Below, piece by piece: positions 7,796 through 15,861 of a stretch of DNA of 17,603 bases. Source of the stretch: Gemmatimonadota bacterium (lineage in GTDB: Bacteria; Latescibacterota; UBA2968; UBA8231). The stretch lies in NCBI GenBank assembly GCA_038153405.1, contig JAYOYH010000076.1, positions 1 through 17,603 of the forward strand, given 5' to 3'. Positions within the stretch are counted from its first letter, which is position 1; each line of letters opens with the position of its first letter. Both the position numbers and the translations under genes were made by a program. The notes under the pieces are model-generated. The model ran no database searches. It saw only the letters and a program-made list of their open reading frames with translations, and had not been told where the DNA came from.

Positions 7796-9739
7796 TTGCG
7801 CTATACACATCGTCCCCTTGCGGCGCTGCTGTTCGCCCTATGTGCTACGGCCATCGGCGCCCAGAGTACGGACTGGCCCTACTACGCCGGAGATGCGTTT
7901 AGCCGACGTCACGCTCCCGCACGGCAGGTGGATCGCACCAATTTCGACCGCCTGTCCATAGCGTGGCGCTACACGCCCCCCGACCGGGCCATCGCCGAGT
8001 CCGGTGCCAGGGGGTACGATAACAACCGCGGCACGCCGCTCAAGGTCGGCGATGTGCTCTACTACGGTTCGCCGTTTAACATTCTATGCGCCGTTGACGC
8101 GCGCACCGGAAGAGAGCTGTGGACCTTTGATCCGGGCGTATGGCGCGAGGGCATTGGCTTTGTCGGCAACCTGCGCGGCATTGCCTACTGGCGCGATGGG
8201 CCGGTTGAACGCCTGTTCTTCGGCACGGCTTCCGACAAGCTCTTCAGCGTTGATGCGCGCACCGGACAGCCCGACCCGGCCTTTGGCCAGGGCGGTTACG
8301 TCGATCTGCTGCAGGGATCCGATCGACCGGTCGATCCGGACGTGACGGGCGTTACGTCTCCGCCGATCGTCTGCGACGGCGTCGTCGTCGTTGGTTCGGC
8401 GATGAACGACTGGCGCTTTCGCTCGCCGCCTGCCTACACGCCGCCGGGCGACGTGCGCGGCTTTGATGCGCGCACGGGTCAGATGCGCTGGATTTTCCAC
8501 ACCATACCGCGCGACGGCGAGGTGGGGGCCGAGACGTGGGAAGGAGGGTCCAACGCCCGTTTTGGCGCGGCCAACGTGTGGGCGGCGATGAGCGCCGACG
8601 ATGAATTGGGTTACGTCTACCTGCCCGTCAGCACGCCTAGCCATGACTTCTACGGCGGTGAGCGGCCCGGCGACAACCTCTTTGGCGACAGCCTCGTCTG
8701 CCTGAAGGCATCCACCGGCGAGCGGGTCTGGCACTACCAGCTCATTCATCACGGCCTGTGGGACTACGATCCGCCGGCCGCGCCCGTGCTGATGGACGTT
8801 CGCGTCGACGGCGTTGTGCGCAAGGTAGTTGCCCAGGTGACCAAGCAGGCCTTCTGCTACGTATTCGATCGCGCCACGGGAGCGCCCATTTGGCCTATTG
8901 AAGAGCGCCCGGTGCCCGCGTCGAGCGCCGACGGAGAACAGGCTTCTCCCACGCAGCCCTTTCCCAGCAAGCCGGCCGCCTTTGATCGACAGGGCATGAC
9001 GGTAGACGACCTGATTGACTTCACGCCCGAGCTAAAGGCCGAAGCGCTGGAGATTTTGGCGCGCTACGACCACGGTCCGCTCTATACGCCGCCGAGTGAG
9101 CGCGGCGCGCTCGTAGTGCCTGGGCTGATCGGCGGCGCCGACTGGGCGGGCGCCGCGGCCGATCCCCAGCGAAGCATCCTGTATGTGCCCTCGCACACGC
9201 TGCCTTCTATCGTGCGACTGGGCCCGCCGCGTCGGGGTCGCAACTCGCGCTACGCCGCCTACACCGATGAACGAGTGCACGGGCCTCAGGGGCTGCCGCT
9301 GACCAAGCCACCCTACGGCCGCATTACGGCCATCGATATGCGGACCGGAGACCATCTTTGGATGCGCACGCTGGGAAGAGGTCCCGTGGACCACCCGGCG
9401 CTGCAGGGACTCGATCTGCCCGAGTTGGGCTGGGGGGTGCGCGCCTTTGTGCTGTCCACACCGACGCTGCTGCTGGCGGCTATGCAGAACCCGCGCGAAG
9501 ACGGCGGGCGGCGCGGTTGGGGACGGCGGGACGACCCTTGGCTAGAGAGCGGCGCCGCGCTGCGTGCGTTTGATCCGAGCACGGGAGAATCCATCGGTCA
9601 GATCGCATTGCCCGACGATCCGCACGGCAACCTAATGAGCTATGTGATAGACGGGCGCCAGTTTATTGTCGTGCCTATCGGCAGCGGCGGCCGCGCGCCC
9701 GAACTCGTTGGGCTGGCGCTGCCCGACGAGTGGCGGTAG
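7796..9739 (+). CDS. Secreted PQQ-dependent dehydrogenase, glucose/quinate/shikimate-dehydrogenase-like beta-propeller without N-terminal membrane anchor
   Basis: 647 aa from a TTG start. Sec signal peptide MRYTHRPLAALLFALCATAIGA/QSTDWPYYAGD, repeated AxDARTGxxxW propeller motifs, TSPPIV, NVWAAMSADDELGYVYLP, HHGLWDYD, SPTQPFP and KPPYGRITAID. Confidence 0.9.
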   Translation: MRYTHRPLAALLFALCATAIGAQSTDWPYYAGDAFSRRHAPARQVDRTNFDRLSIAWRYTPPDRAIAESGARGYDNNRGTPLKVGDVLYYGSPFNILCAVDARTGRELWTFDPGVWREGIGFVGNLRGIAYWRDGPVERLFFGTASDKLFSVDARTGQPDPAFGQGGYVDLLQGSDRPVDPDVTGVTSPPIVCDGVVVVGSAMNDWRFRSPPAYTPPGDVRGFDARTGQMRWIFHTIPRDGEVGAETWEGGSNARFGAANVWAAMSADDELGYVYLPVSTPSHDFYGGERPGDNLFGDSLVCLKASTGERVWHYQLIHHGLWDYDPPAAPVLMDVRVDGVVRKVVAQVTKQAFCYVFDRATGAPIWPIEERPVPASSADGEQASPTQPFPSKPAAFDRQGMTVDDLIDFTPELKAEALEILARYDHGPLYTPPSERGALVVPGLIGGADWAGAAADPQRSILYVPSHTLPSIVRLGPPRRGRNSRYAAYTDERVHGPQGLPLTKPPYGRITAIDMRTGDHLWMRTLGRGPVDHPALQGLDLPELGWGVRAFVLSTPTLLLAAMQNPREDGGRRGWGRRDDPWLESGAALRAFDPSTGESIGQIALPDDPHGNLMSYVIDGRQFIVVPIGSGGRAPELVGLALPDEWR

Positions 9740-9885
9740 TGCTCATTCGCGCCGCAGGTTGGTGCGCCCTATCTTAGACGCGCCGCGTCCAGCTCTCTGC
9801 GCATGAGGGCGATGAGGCCATTGAAGAATTAACTCATTTGCAGCGGCTGCGCAGGCAGCCATCCACCGCCAATAGTGAGCGAGAG

Positions 9886-10986
9886 ATGAGCGCACAATCA
9901 AGAGTACCTACCTACGCCGATCTCGGCGTACGCCCCTTTATCAACTGCGTTGGAACGATCACCACCCTTAGCGGTTCGCTGGCTCTGCCCGAAGTGCGGC
10001 AGGCCATGAGCCAGGCGTCGACGGGCTATGTAAAAATCGCCGAGTTGATGGACGCCGTCGGCCGGCGCATCGCCGAGCTGATGGGGTGCGAATACGCCAT
10101 CGTGACGGCCGGCTGTGCCGCGGCGCTGAGTCAGGTTACCGCCGCCTGCATCGCCGGCACCGACCCCGACAAGGCCGCGCGCCTGCCCGACACCGAGGGC
10201 ATGAAGAACGAAGTCATCGTGCAGAAGGCACACCGCGTCGGCTACGACCGCGCGATTACTGCCGTCGGCACGCGCTTTGTCCAAGTGGAGAGCATGGAGG
10301 AGTTGGAGGCGGCCTACAGCGAGCGCACGGCGATGATCTTTATGTTTGGCGATGCGGCCGAGCGCGGTCCGATCTCCGTAAAGGACATGGCTGCCAGCGG
10401 GCACGCGCACGGCGTCCCTTCGTTTGTCGATGCGGCGGCCGAGCGGCCCGATGCGCCGAACTGGTACTTAGAGCAGGGCGTCGACGCCGTGGCCTATTCG
10501 GGCGGGAAGTGCCTGCGCGGTCCGCAGGTTTCGGGGCTGGTTTTGGGGCGTAAGGACCTGCTGGAGGCGGCCTTTCGCAACGGCTGTCCGCACGGTTCAA
10601 TCGGCCGGCCGATGAAAGTGGGCAAAGAGGAAATCATGGGCCTGTTGGCCGCCGTAGAACAGTGGATGGTGCGCGACCACAAAGCGGAGTGGGCCGAATG
10701 GGAGCGCCGCTTGAGCATTATCACTGAGGCGATGAGTGCGTTTGAAACGGTCGAAGCGACTACGCGCCAGCCGGGTCGTTCCAACGTCGCCCCGCATCTG
10801 TCGATTGGTTGGAATGCCGAACGGCTCGGCGTCAGCGGCGCACAGCTGCGCCAGCAGTTGGAGGACGGTGAGCCGCGCATTGAGATGTCGGTGGGCGACG
10901 GGAGCTTGACGATCAATCCCTATATGATGGAAGAGGGCGAGGCCGAAATCGTGGCTCGTCGACTGCGCGAAATTTTTTCTCGCTAA
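9886..10986 (+). CDS. SelA/DgaE-like fold-type-I PLP-dependent enzyme (selenocysteine synthase-related; D-glucosaminate-6-phosphate ammonia-lyase-like)
   Basis: Start reassigned to ATG 9886 (366 aa). Motifs YADLGVRPFINCVGTITTLSGS, VDAAAE, YSGGKCLRGPQ (PLP lysine) and IGRPMKVGKEEIMGLLAAVE. Shorter than true SelA and lacks its N-terminal tRNA-binding domain. Confidence 0.85.
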   Translation: MSAQSRVPTYADLGVRPFINCVGTITTLSGSLALPEVRQAMSQASTGYVKIAELMDAVGRRIAELMGCEYAIVTAGCAAALSQVTAACIAGTDPDKAARLPDTEGMKNEVIVQKAHRVGYDRAITAVGTRFVQVESMEELEAAYSERTAMIFMFGDAAERGPISVKDMAASGHAHGVPSFVDAAAERPDAPNWYLEQGVDAVAYSGGKCLRGPQVSGLVLGRKDLLEAAFRNGCPHGSIGRPMKVGKEEIMGLLAAVEQWMVRDHKAEWAEWERRLSIITEAMSAFETVEATTRQPGRSNVAPHLSIGWNAERLGVSGAQLRQQLEDGEPRIEMSVGDGSLTINPYMMEEGEAEIVARRLREIFSR

Positions 10987-10999
10987 CTGTCGGGTAGGC

Positions 11000-13558
11000 T
11001 CAATAAGCCAAACCCAGCGCGCCAGCCCGCTCCTCTGAAGCGGCATCTCCGCTCACGCGCAGTTGGTATACGTAGAGTCCGGGCGGCAGCAGCTGCCCCA
11101 GTTCATCGCGTCCGTCCCAGGCCATGTGCACTGGCCCAGCCCGGCGCGTCGGCGAGGCCAGGCTGCGGACGCGCTGGCCGGAAAGCTGGTATATATCCAG
11201 CTGCACATCGACCAAGTCGGTGACCAACAGCAGGTCAAAGGCGATCTGTACCGCATCGTTTGTTCCGTCGCCGTTGGGCGTGAACGTGTGCGGTTCGACG
11301 CGCAAATTGTCGAGCAGGCGGGCGAAGTCGGTCGCGACCACCTGCGCAGAGTTGGTGGAAATGTCGGCACTGGCGTCGCCGTCGATCACGGGCTGGGCCA
11401 CGGCAAAGTCATCGTCGTTCCAAAGGCGCGCGGCAAACTGCTGCGAGGCGCCGAAAAGGCGGGTGCGAAAGCGGATGGCAATCGTTTGGTCAAAGCGAAA
11501 GTCGGTTGCTCGCAGCGGCGACGTCTCGATTCGGAGACGGGTCTGACTGCTCGTTGAATCGGTGACCGTAGTTTGGGTGAACTGCCCTGCGGCTAGCGCA
11601 TCGGACCCCGCTTTGCCCGTGACGTCGCTCCACGAGATGCCGTCGATGGAAAACTCTTCTACGCGCACCTGCGTGCTGGGCACGTCGATTTCAATACGGC
11701 TAAAGTAGCCGGCGTCGTCGCTGGAAAAGAGCGGCTTGAGCACGTAGGTAAAAAGCGCTTCCTGGCCAATGGCCACGCGCTGGGGATAAATTTCGGCCAC
11801 CGCGCCGTAGCGCATTAGCGGCTCGTCGTAATCAAACTCGATATAGTCCAGGGCTATGCCACTGCGCGGCGCGCCGACAAAGGCGATGCGAAACTGCACG
11901 TAGCGCGTGCCGCTGGGTAGGGGCAGAGGCACGCCTGTGCGCTGGCGCTGCGCCAGCGGCAGGTCCTCCGTCACTAGCCCATCCTCGAACTTGAGAGGCG
12001 CCGACCAAAAGCTCCACCCGGCCTGGCCATCGGCGCCCAGGTCGGCGCCGAGAATGTTGTACTGCAAACTTTCCTCTTCGATGCGCTTGTCGAGCAGTTT
12101 CGCCCAAGTAAAGGCGTCCAGCGGCCGGCCGTCTTCGCCGCGCGTATCGACCAGACCCGGCGCGAGTCGGCGCGCATAGACATGTGTATCGAGCGCATTG
12201 CCGGCGCGGAACTGAATGCGCACTTGCGACCCTTTTCCCAATCGTCGTCCGCTCCAACGCACGCGGCCCCAGTTGACCACATCGCCCGGTACGTCGGGGA
12301 ACTCCTCCGTTGCCGTGCGGCGCTCCGAGCCGGGAAATAGGTCCCATTGGCGGCTGTAGCGGCGCACGCGCGGGGACGGCGTGCCCACGTCGATCATTTC
12401 GGATACGTAGGTCGCGTCGCTGGCAAAGCCGCTACCGAAGACGGATAACTCAGCCGTTTCGGAATAGCGGCTAGAGGGGGTTAGCGCGCTGAGCCCGACG
12501 ATGCCCATGAGCACCGGCGGATCAAAGCGCAGGTTTTTTACAACCGGTTGGTATTGGCCAAACGTCTGTGGAACCAGTGGATTGCTGCGGAGCCGGAGCA
12601 CGTTGCCCGAGATACTAGCAGGGTCGCCGTGGCGTATGAGATAGTCGGCTACCGTAGCTTCGGGCAGAATGGGGCGCGGGCGAAAGAGAATGCGGTCGAT
12701 GTGATAGAAGCCCTTCAGATTGAGCACCAGAGAGCGCAGAATGCTGACGGTGCTCAGATCGCCGTCGATGACCTGCTCCTGACCGATGGGCTTGGCCTGC
12801 TCGCGGCGCACGCCGCCCTCGCCCGGCACGTTCAACGTCGGATTGTTGAGGTTTGTACCCGGCACGCCGCCGTAGTCGCCGTTCAGATAGCGAGCATAGA
12901 CGAGCGTAGCTAGATTGCGCGTGCTGTCGAGGCGCACCGGTCGCAGCCACGTGCCAAATACGCCGTCGCCGTCAACGGGGCGCCCGGCGTCTTCATCGAT
13001 TAGTCCGTCGCCGTCGTCGTCGCGTCCGTTAATGGGATCTTCGTTAAAAAGTCCATCGCCGTCGTCGTCGCCGTAGCTCATCAGGCCGTCTTCGTTGAGC
13101 AGCCCGTCGCCGTCGTTGTCTATTTGCGGGTTGGGACCGTCTTCATCGAGGCGTCCATCGCGATCTTCGTCTACTGAATCCGAGGCATCTTCATCGATTA
13201 GTCCATCGCCGTCGTCGTCGCGTCCGTTGATGGGGTCTTCGCTGAACAGCCCATCGCCGTCGTCATCGATCTGTGGGTTGGTGGGGTCCTCGTCGACCAG
13301 TCCGTCGCCGTCGTCGTCGATCAGCTCAAACGGATCTTCGTCGATCAGCCCATCCCCGTCGTCATCGGCTACGATTTCGACGGCCCAGCCCTGTCCCCAG
13401 GTCGTCAGGCCGCTGACCGGGGCAATGGTCCACGGATGGTCGATATCGCCGACCCGCCAGGTGCGCACTTCGGCTGCGAGCGGCGCACCGCAAATCAGCC
13501 AGACCGTAGCGAGTAGAACGATGAGTGCCTTGCCATCGTCGTGAGTATGCGTAGCCAT
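11000..13558 (-). CDS. Secreted hypothetical protein with Asp-rich Ca-binding-like repeats and C-terminal FlgD-Ig-like / gliding-motility-CTD-like domain
   Basis: 852 aa with a GGAAGG SD and a hydrophobic signal peptide ending PLAA/E. Eight DxDGDGxxDED repeats start at residue 65. The C-terminus reads PHTFTPNGDGTND...LDIYQLSGQRVRSL...WDGRDELGQLLPPGLYVYQLRV...LGLAY. Confidence 0.85.
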   Translation of the reverse strand: MATHTHDDGKALIVLLATVWLICGAPLAAEVRTWRVGDIDHPWTIAPVSGLTTWGQGWAVEIVADDDGDGLIDEDPFELIDDDGDGLVDEDPTNPQIDDDGDGLFSEDPINGRDDDGDGLIDEDASDSVDEDRDGRLDEDGPNPQIDNDGDGLLNEDGLMSYGDDDGDGLFNEDPINGRDDDGDGLIDEDAGRPVDGDGVFGTWLRPVRLDSTRNLATLVYARYLNGDYGGVPGTNLNNPTLNVPGEGGVRREQAKPIGQEQVIDGDLSTVSILRSLVLNLKGFYHIDRILFRPRPILPEATVADYLIRHGDPASISGNVLRLRSNPLVPQTFGQYQPVVKNLRFDPPVLMGIVGLSALTPSSRYSETAELSVFGSGFASDATYVSEMIDVGTPSPRVRRYSRQWDLFPGSERRTATEEFPDVPGDVVNWGRVRWSGRRLGKGSQVRIQFRAGNALDTHVYARRLAPGLVDTRGEDGRPLDAFTWAKLLDKRIEEESLQYNILGADLGADGQAGWSFWSAPLKFEDGLVTEDLPLAQRQRTGVPLPLPSGTRYVQFRIAFVGAPRSGIALDYIEFDYDEPLMRYGAVAEIYPQRVAIGQEALFTYVLKPLFSSDDAGYFSRIEIDVPSTQVRVEEFSIDGISWSDVTGKAGSDALAAGQFTQTTVTDSTSSQTRLRIETSPLRATDFRFDQTIAIRFRTRLFGASQQFAARLWNDDDFAVAQPVIDGDASADISTNSAQVVATDFARLLDNLRVEPHTFTPNGDGTNDAVQIAFDLLLVTDLVDVQLDIYQLSGQRVRSLASPTRRAGPVHMAWDGRDELGQLLPPGLYVYQLRVSGDAASEERAGALGLAY
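12962..13366 (-). repeat. Intragenic tandem array of eight 16-17 codon acidic repeats plus a partial ninth
   Basis: Units: DDDGDGLIDEDPFELI / DDDGDGLVDEDPTNPQI / DDDGDGLFSEDPINGR / DDDGDGLIDEDASDSV / DEDRDGRLDEDGPNPQI / DNDGDGLLNEDGLMSYG / DDDGDGLFNEDPINGR / DDDGDGLIDEDAGRPV / DGDG. A near-identical DNA copy starts at both 12991 and 13189 (offset 198 nt). Confidence 0.95.
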
Positions 13559-13593
13559 GTGCCTTCCAGATATAAGATGGACCGCGTGTCCCC

Positions 13594-13621
13594 ATTATAC
13601 AGCGCGCCGTGAACCTGGCAA
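13594..13621 (-). promoter_or_regulatory. Sigma70-type promoter for the FlgD-Ig protein gene
   Basis: On the minus strand, TTGCCA (13621-13616), 16-nt spacer, perfect TATAAT (13599-13594), 35 nt upstream of ATG 13558. Confidence 0.65.
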
Positions 13622-13667
13622 AGTTCGTATGCGAGAAAGGGTTCGCTTCGCCGCTTCGCACGGTCGA

Positions 13668-13696
13668 TTGACAGGCCGTAAAGCGCGCGGTATCCT
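13668..13696 (+). promoter_or_regulatory. Sigma70-type promoter for the glycoside hydrolase-lipoprotein genes
   Basis: Perfect TTGACA (13668-13673), 17-nt spacer, TATCCT (13691-13696), 29 nt upstream of ATG 13726. Confidence 0.75.
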
Positions 13697-13725
13697 GAGA
13701 GCTACACGGTTTACGGGAAACATAC

Positions 13726-15861
13726 ATGACAAATAAATTGCCGCCGCTCTCTGCGGCTCCATCCTATCAAAGGGACTGGCTGCTGGATGCCCGTTCGTAT
13801 CGGGCTGGCCTGTTCCGCGGCGAAGCGGATAGCGAAATCGTTCTATCTAACGGCCTGCTGAGCCGCACCTTTTACCTGGCCCCCAACGCGGCAACGGTGG
13901 CTCTGGACAACGGCATCACCGGGGCGGCTCTGCTGCGCGGCATCAAGCCGGAAGCGCGCGTGCAAATAGACGGGGAGCACTGCGATATCGGCGGTCTGGT
14001 CGGCCAGGAAGAGTACGCCTATTTGCGCCGCGAATGGCTCGGCGCACTAGAGCGCGATCCGTCGGCGTTTCAGTATACGCGCTTTGAGCGCGGTCCTACG
14101 CAGGCCCCATTCGCTTGGAAGCGCGCGCGCCACGCACCGGACGGTCCGTGGCCGGCACCGGGCGCGCGGTTAGCGCTGCACTTTGCCGCGCCGACTCACT
14201 CAGCGCTGGCGGGAATGGAAGCCGTCGTCTACTACGAGCTCTACGACGGCATACCCCTGCTCTGCAAGTGGCTAGAGCTGCGCAACCGCACCGGCCGCCG
14301 CATTCGTCTGAACACATTTATAAGCGAAATTTTGGCTGCCGTAGAGGGCGAAGTTTCGGTCGACGCGCCGACGCAGTGGGTCTATCCGGATATCCACATC
14401 GAAAGCGACTACGCCTTTCACGGTATGACGCCCAAGAGTGCCAATGCCACGACGTTTTGGTGCGAAGACCCGCAGTATCAAACGCAGGTTAACTACCTAT
14501 ATAAGACGCCATGTCTGCTGGAGAGTCGGCCGCCGCTGGGCCCGGAAATCGACATAGAAGAAGGCACATCATTCGAGAGCTTTCGCACGTTCGTGCTGCT
14601 ACCCGACAGCCAAGAACGCGAGCGCCGCGGCTTGGCGCTGCGCCGCATGTATCGGACGATTGCTCCTTGGAGCCAAGAGAACCCCATTTTAATGCACGTG
14701 CGCCACTCGGATCCCGAGGCAGTGAAAACGGCTATAGACCAGTGCGCCGAAGTCGGTTTTGAGATGGTCATCATGACCTTTGGTAGCGGCTTTAACGCCG
14801 AGTCAAACGACCCCGAGTATATCGCCGGCCTCAAAGAGCTGGCCGACTACGCGCACGCCAAGGGCATTGAACTGGGCGGCTATTCGCTGCTGGCTAGCCG
14901 ACGCATCAGCGATGAAGACGACGCGATCCACCCCGACACGGGCCAGCCCGGCGGGGCGATCTTTGGCAACTCGCCGTGCTTGTGCAGTGCCTGGGGACGA
15001 CAGTACTTCCAGCGTTTGCAAGCTCTCTACGCCGAGGCGGGATTGGATATACTGGAACACGATGGCTCTTACCCGGGCGATGTCTGCGCTTCGCAAGAGC
15101 ACCCCGACCACCGCGCGCTGGGCGACTCGCAGTGGCGTCAGTGGCAGCGCATCGTGCAGTTCTACCGCTGGTGCCGAGAGAGCGGTATTTACCTCAACGT
15201 GCCGGACTGGTACTTCTTGAACGGCTCCAATAAAAACGGCATGGGCTACCGCGAGGTGAACTGGTCGCTGCCGCGCGAACGGCAGATTGTCCTGGCGCGA
15301 CAAAACATGTATGACGGCACCTGGGAAAAGACGCCGAGTATGGGCTGGATGTTTGTGCCGCTGGTCGAATATCACGGCGGTGGCGAGGCGGCAACGCTGG
15401 AGCCGCTGAGCGATCACTTGGATGCCTACGGCGCACACTTGGCGCAGAATTTGGGCTGGGGCGTGCAGGCCTGCTACCGAGGACCGCGCCTGTACGATAC
15501 GGAACAGACAAAGCGCGTCGTAAAGGAGTGGGTCGAGTTCTACAAGTCGCACCGCGCCATTCTCGAGTCGGATGTGATCCACCTGCGCCGCGCCGATGGA
15601 CGCGACCTGGACGGGATTGTGCACGTCCATCCGCAACTGGCTACGCGCGCGCTGATCCTGATCTTTAACCCGCTAGATAGCGAGGTGGTGCGCACGTGGA
15701 AGATTCCCCTTTACTACGCGGGTATAGAGCACAGCGCCCGCGTGCGCGAAGGCGATGGCGAAGGGGCGATTTACCCGTTGAATCGAGCCCATGAAATCGA
15801 ATTGGAACTGCGCGTAGCGGCGCGCGGCGTCCGTTGGTATGCGGTCGAAGATGCGTCGTAG
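13726..15861 (+). CDS. Putative glycoside hydrolase (alpha-galactosidase-like, possibly GH-D clan related); cytoplasmic
   Basis: 711 aa with no signal peptide. Blocks MYRTIAPWSQENPILMH, AIDQCAEVGFEMVIMTFGSGF, PCLCSAWG, LEHDGSYPG, MGYREVNWSLPR and MGWMFVPLVEYHGGG resemble a family usually auto-annotated as alpha-galactosidase. The CDS is secure; the substrate is not. Confidence 0.65.
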   Translation: MTNKLPPLSAAPSYQRDWLLDARSYRAGLFRGEADSEIVLSNGLLSRTFYLAPNAATVALDNGITGAALLRGIKPEARVQIDGEHCDIGGLVGQEEYAYLRREWLGALERDPSAFQYTRFERGPTQAPFAWKRARHAPDGPWPAPGARLALHFAAPTHSALAGMEAVVYYELYDGIPLLCKWLELRNRTGRRIRLNTFISEILAAVEGEVSVDAPTQWVYPDIHIESDYAFHGMTPKSANATTFWCEDPQYQTQVNYLYKTPCLLESRPPLGPEIDIEEGTSFESFRTFVLLPDSQERERRGLALRRMYRTIAPWSQENPILMHVRHSDPEAVKTAIDQCAEVGFEMVIMTFGSGFNAESNDPEYIAGLKELADYAHAKGIELGGYSLLASRRISDEDDAIHPDTGQPGGAIFGNSPCLCSAWGRQYFQRLQALYAEAGLDILEHDGSYPGDVCASQEHPDHRALGDSQWRQWQRIVQFYRWCRESGIYLNVPDWYFLNGSNKNGMGYREVNWSLPRERQIVLARQNMYDGTWEKTPSMGWMFVPLVEYHGGGEAATLEPLSDHLDAYGAHLAQNLGWGVQACYRGPRLYDTEQTKRVVKEWVEFYKSHRAILESDVIHLRRADGRDLDGIVHVHPQLATRALILIFNPLDSEVVRTWKIPLYYAGIEHSARVREGDGEGAIYPLNRAHEIELELRVAARGVRWYAVEDAS

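Noticed and set aside
9740..9885. Short inverted repeats GACGCG-C-CGCGTC (9777-9789) and GGCTGC-GCAG-GCAGCC (9845-9860) as terminator or riboswitch
   Set aside because: 6-bp GC-rich stems without a U-tract or recognisable aptamer are expected by chance at this GC content.
9886..10986. True selenocysteine synthase selA or a selenoprotein locus
   Set aside because: Too short and lacks the SelA N-terminal domain. No selB, selC or selD is in the window and no in-frame TGA readthrough candidate was evident.
12962..13366. Periodic ~48-51 nt DNA repeats as a possible CRISPR array
   Set aside because: The repeats are degenerate at third codon positions, in frame within a CDS, lack unique spacers, and no cas genes are nearby.
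13095..13544. 149-aa Ser/Pro-rich repetitive ORF on the + strand
   Set aside because: It is the antisense shadow of the GAC/GAT-rich Asp repeats of the real minus-strand gene.
11000..13558. Flagellar hook-capping protein FlgD
   Set aside because: Only the C-terminal Ig-like module is shared. The protein has a Sec signal peptide, is far longer, and has no flagellar neighbours.
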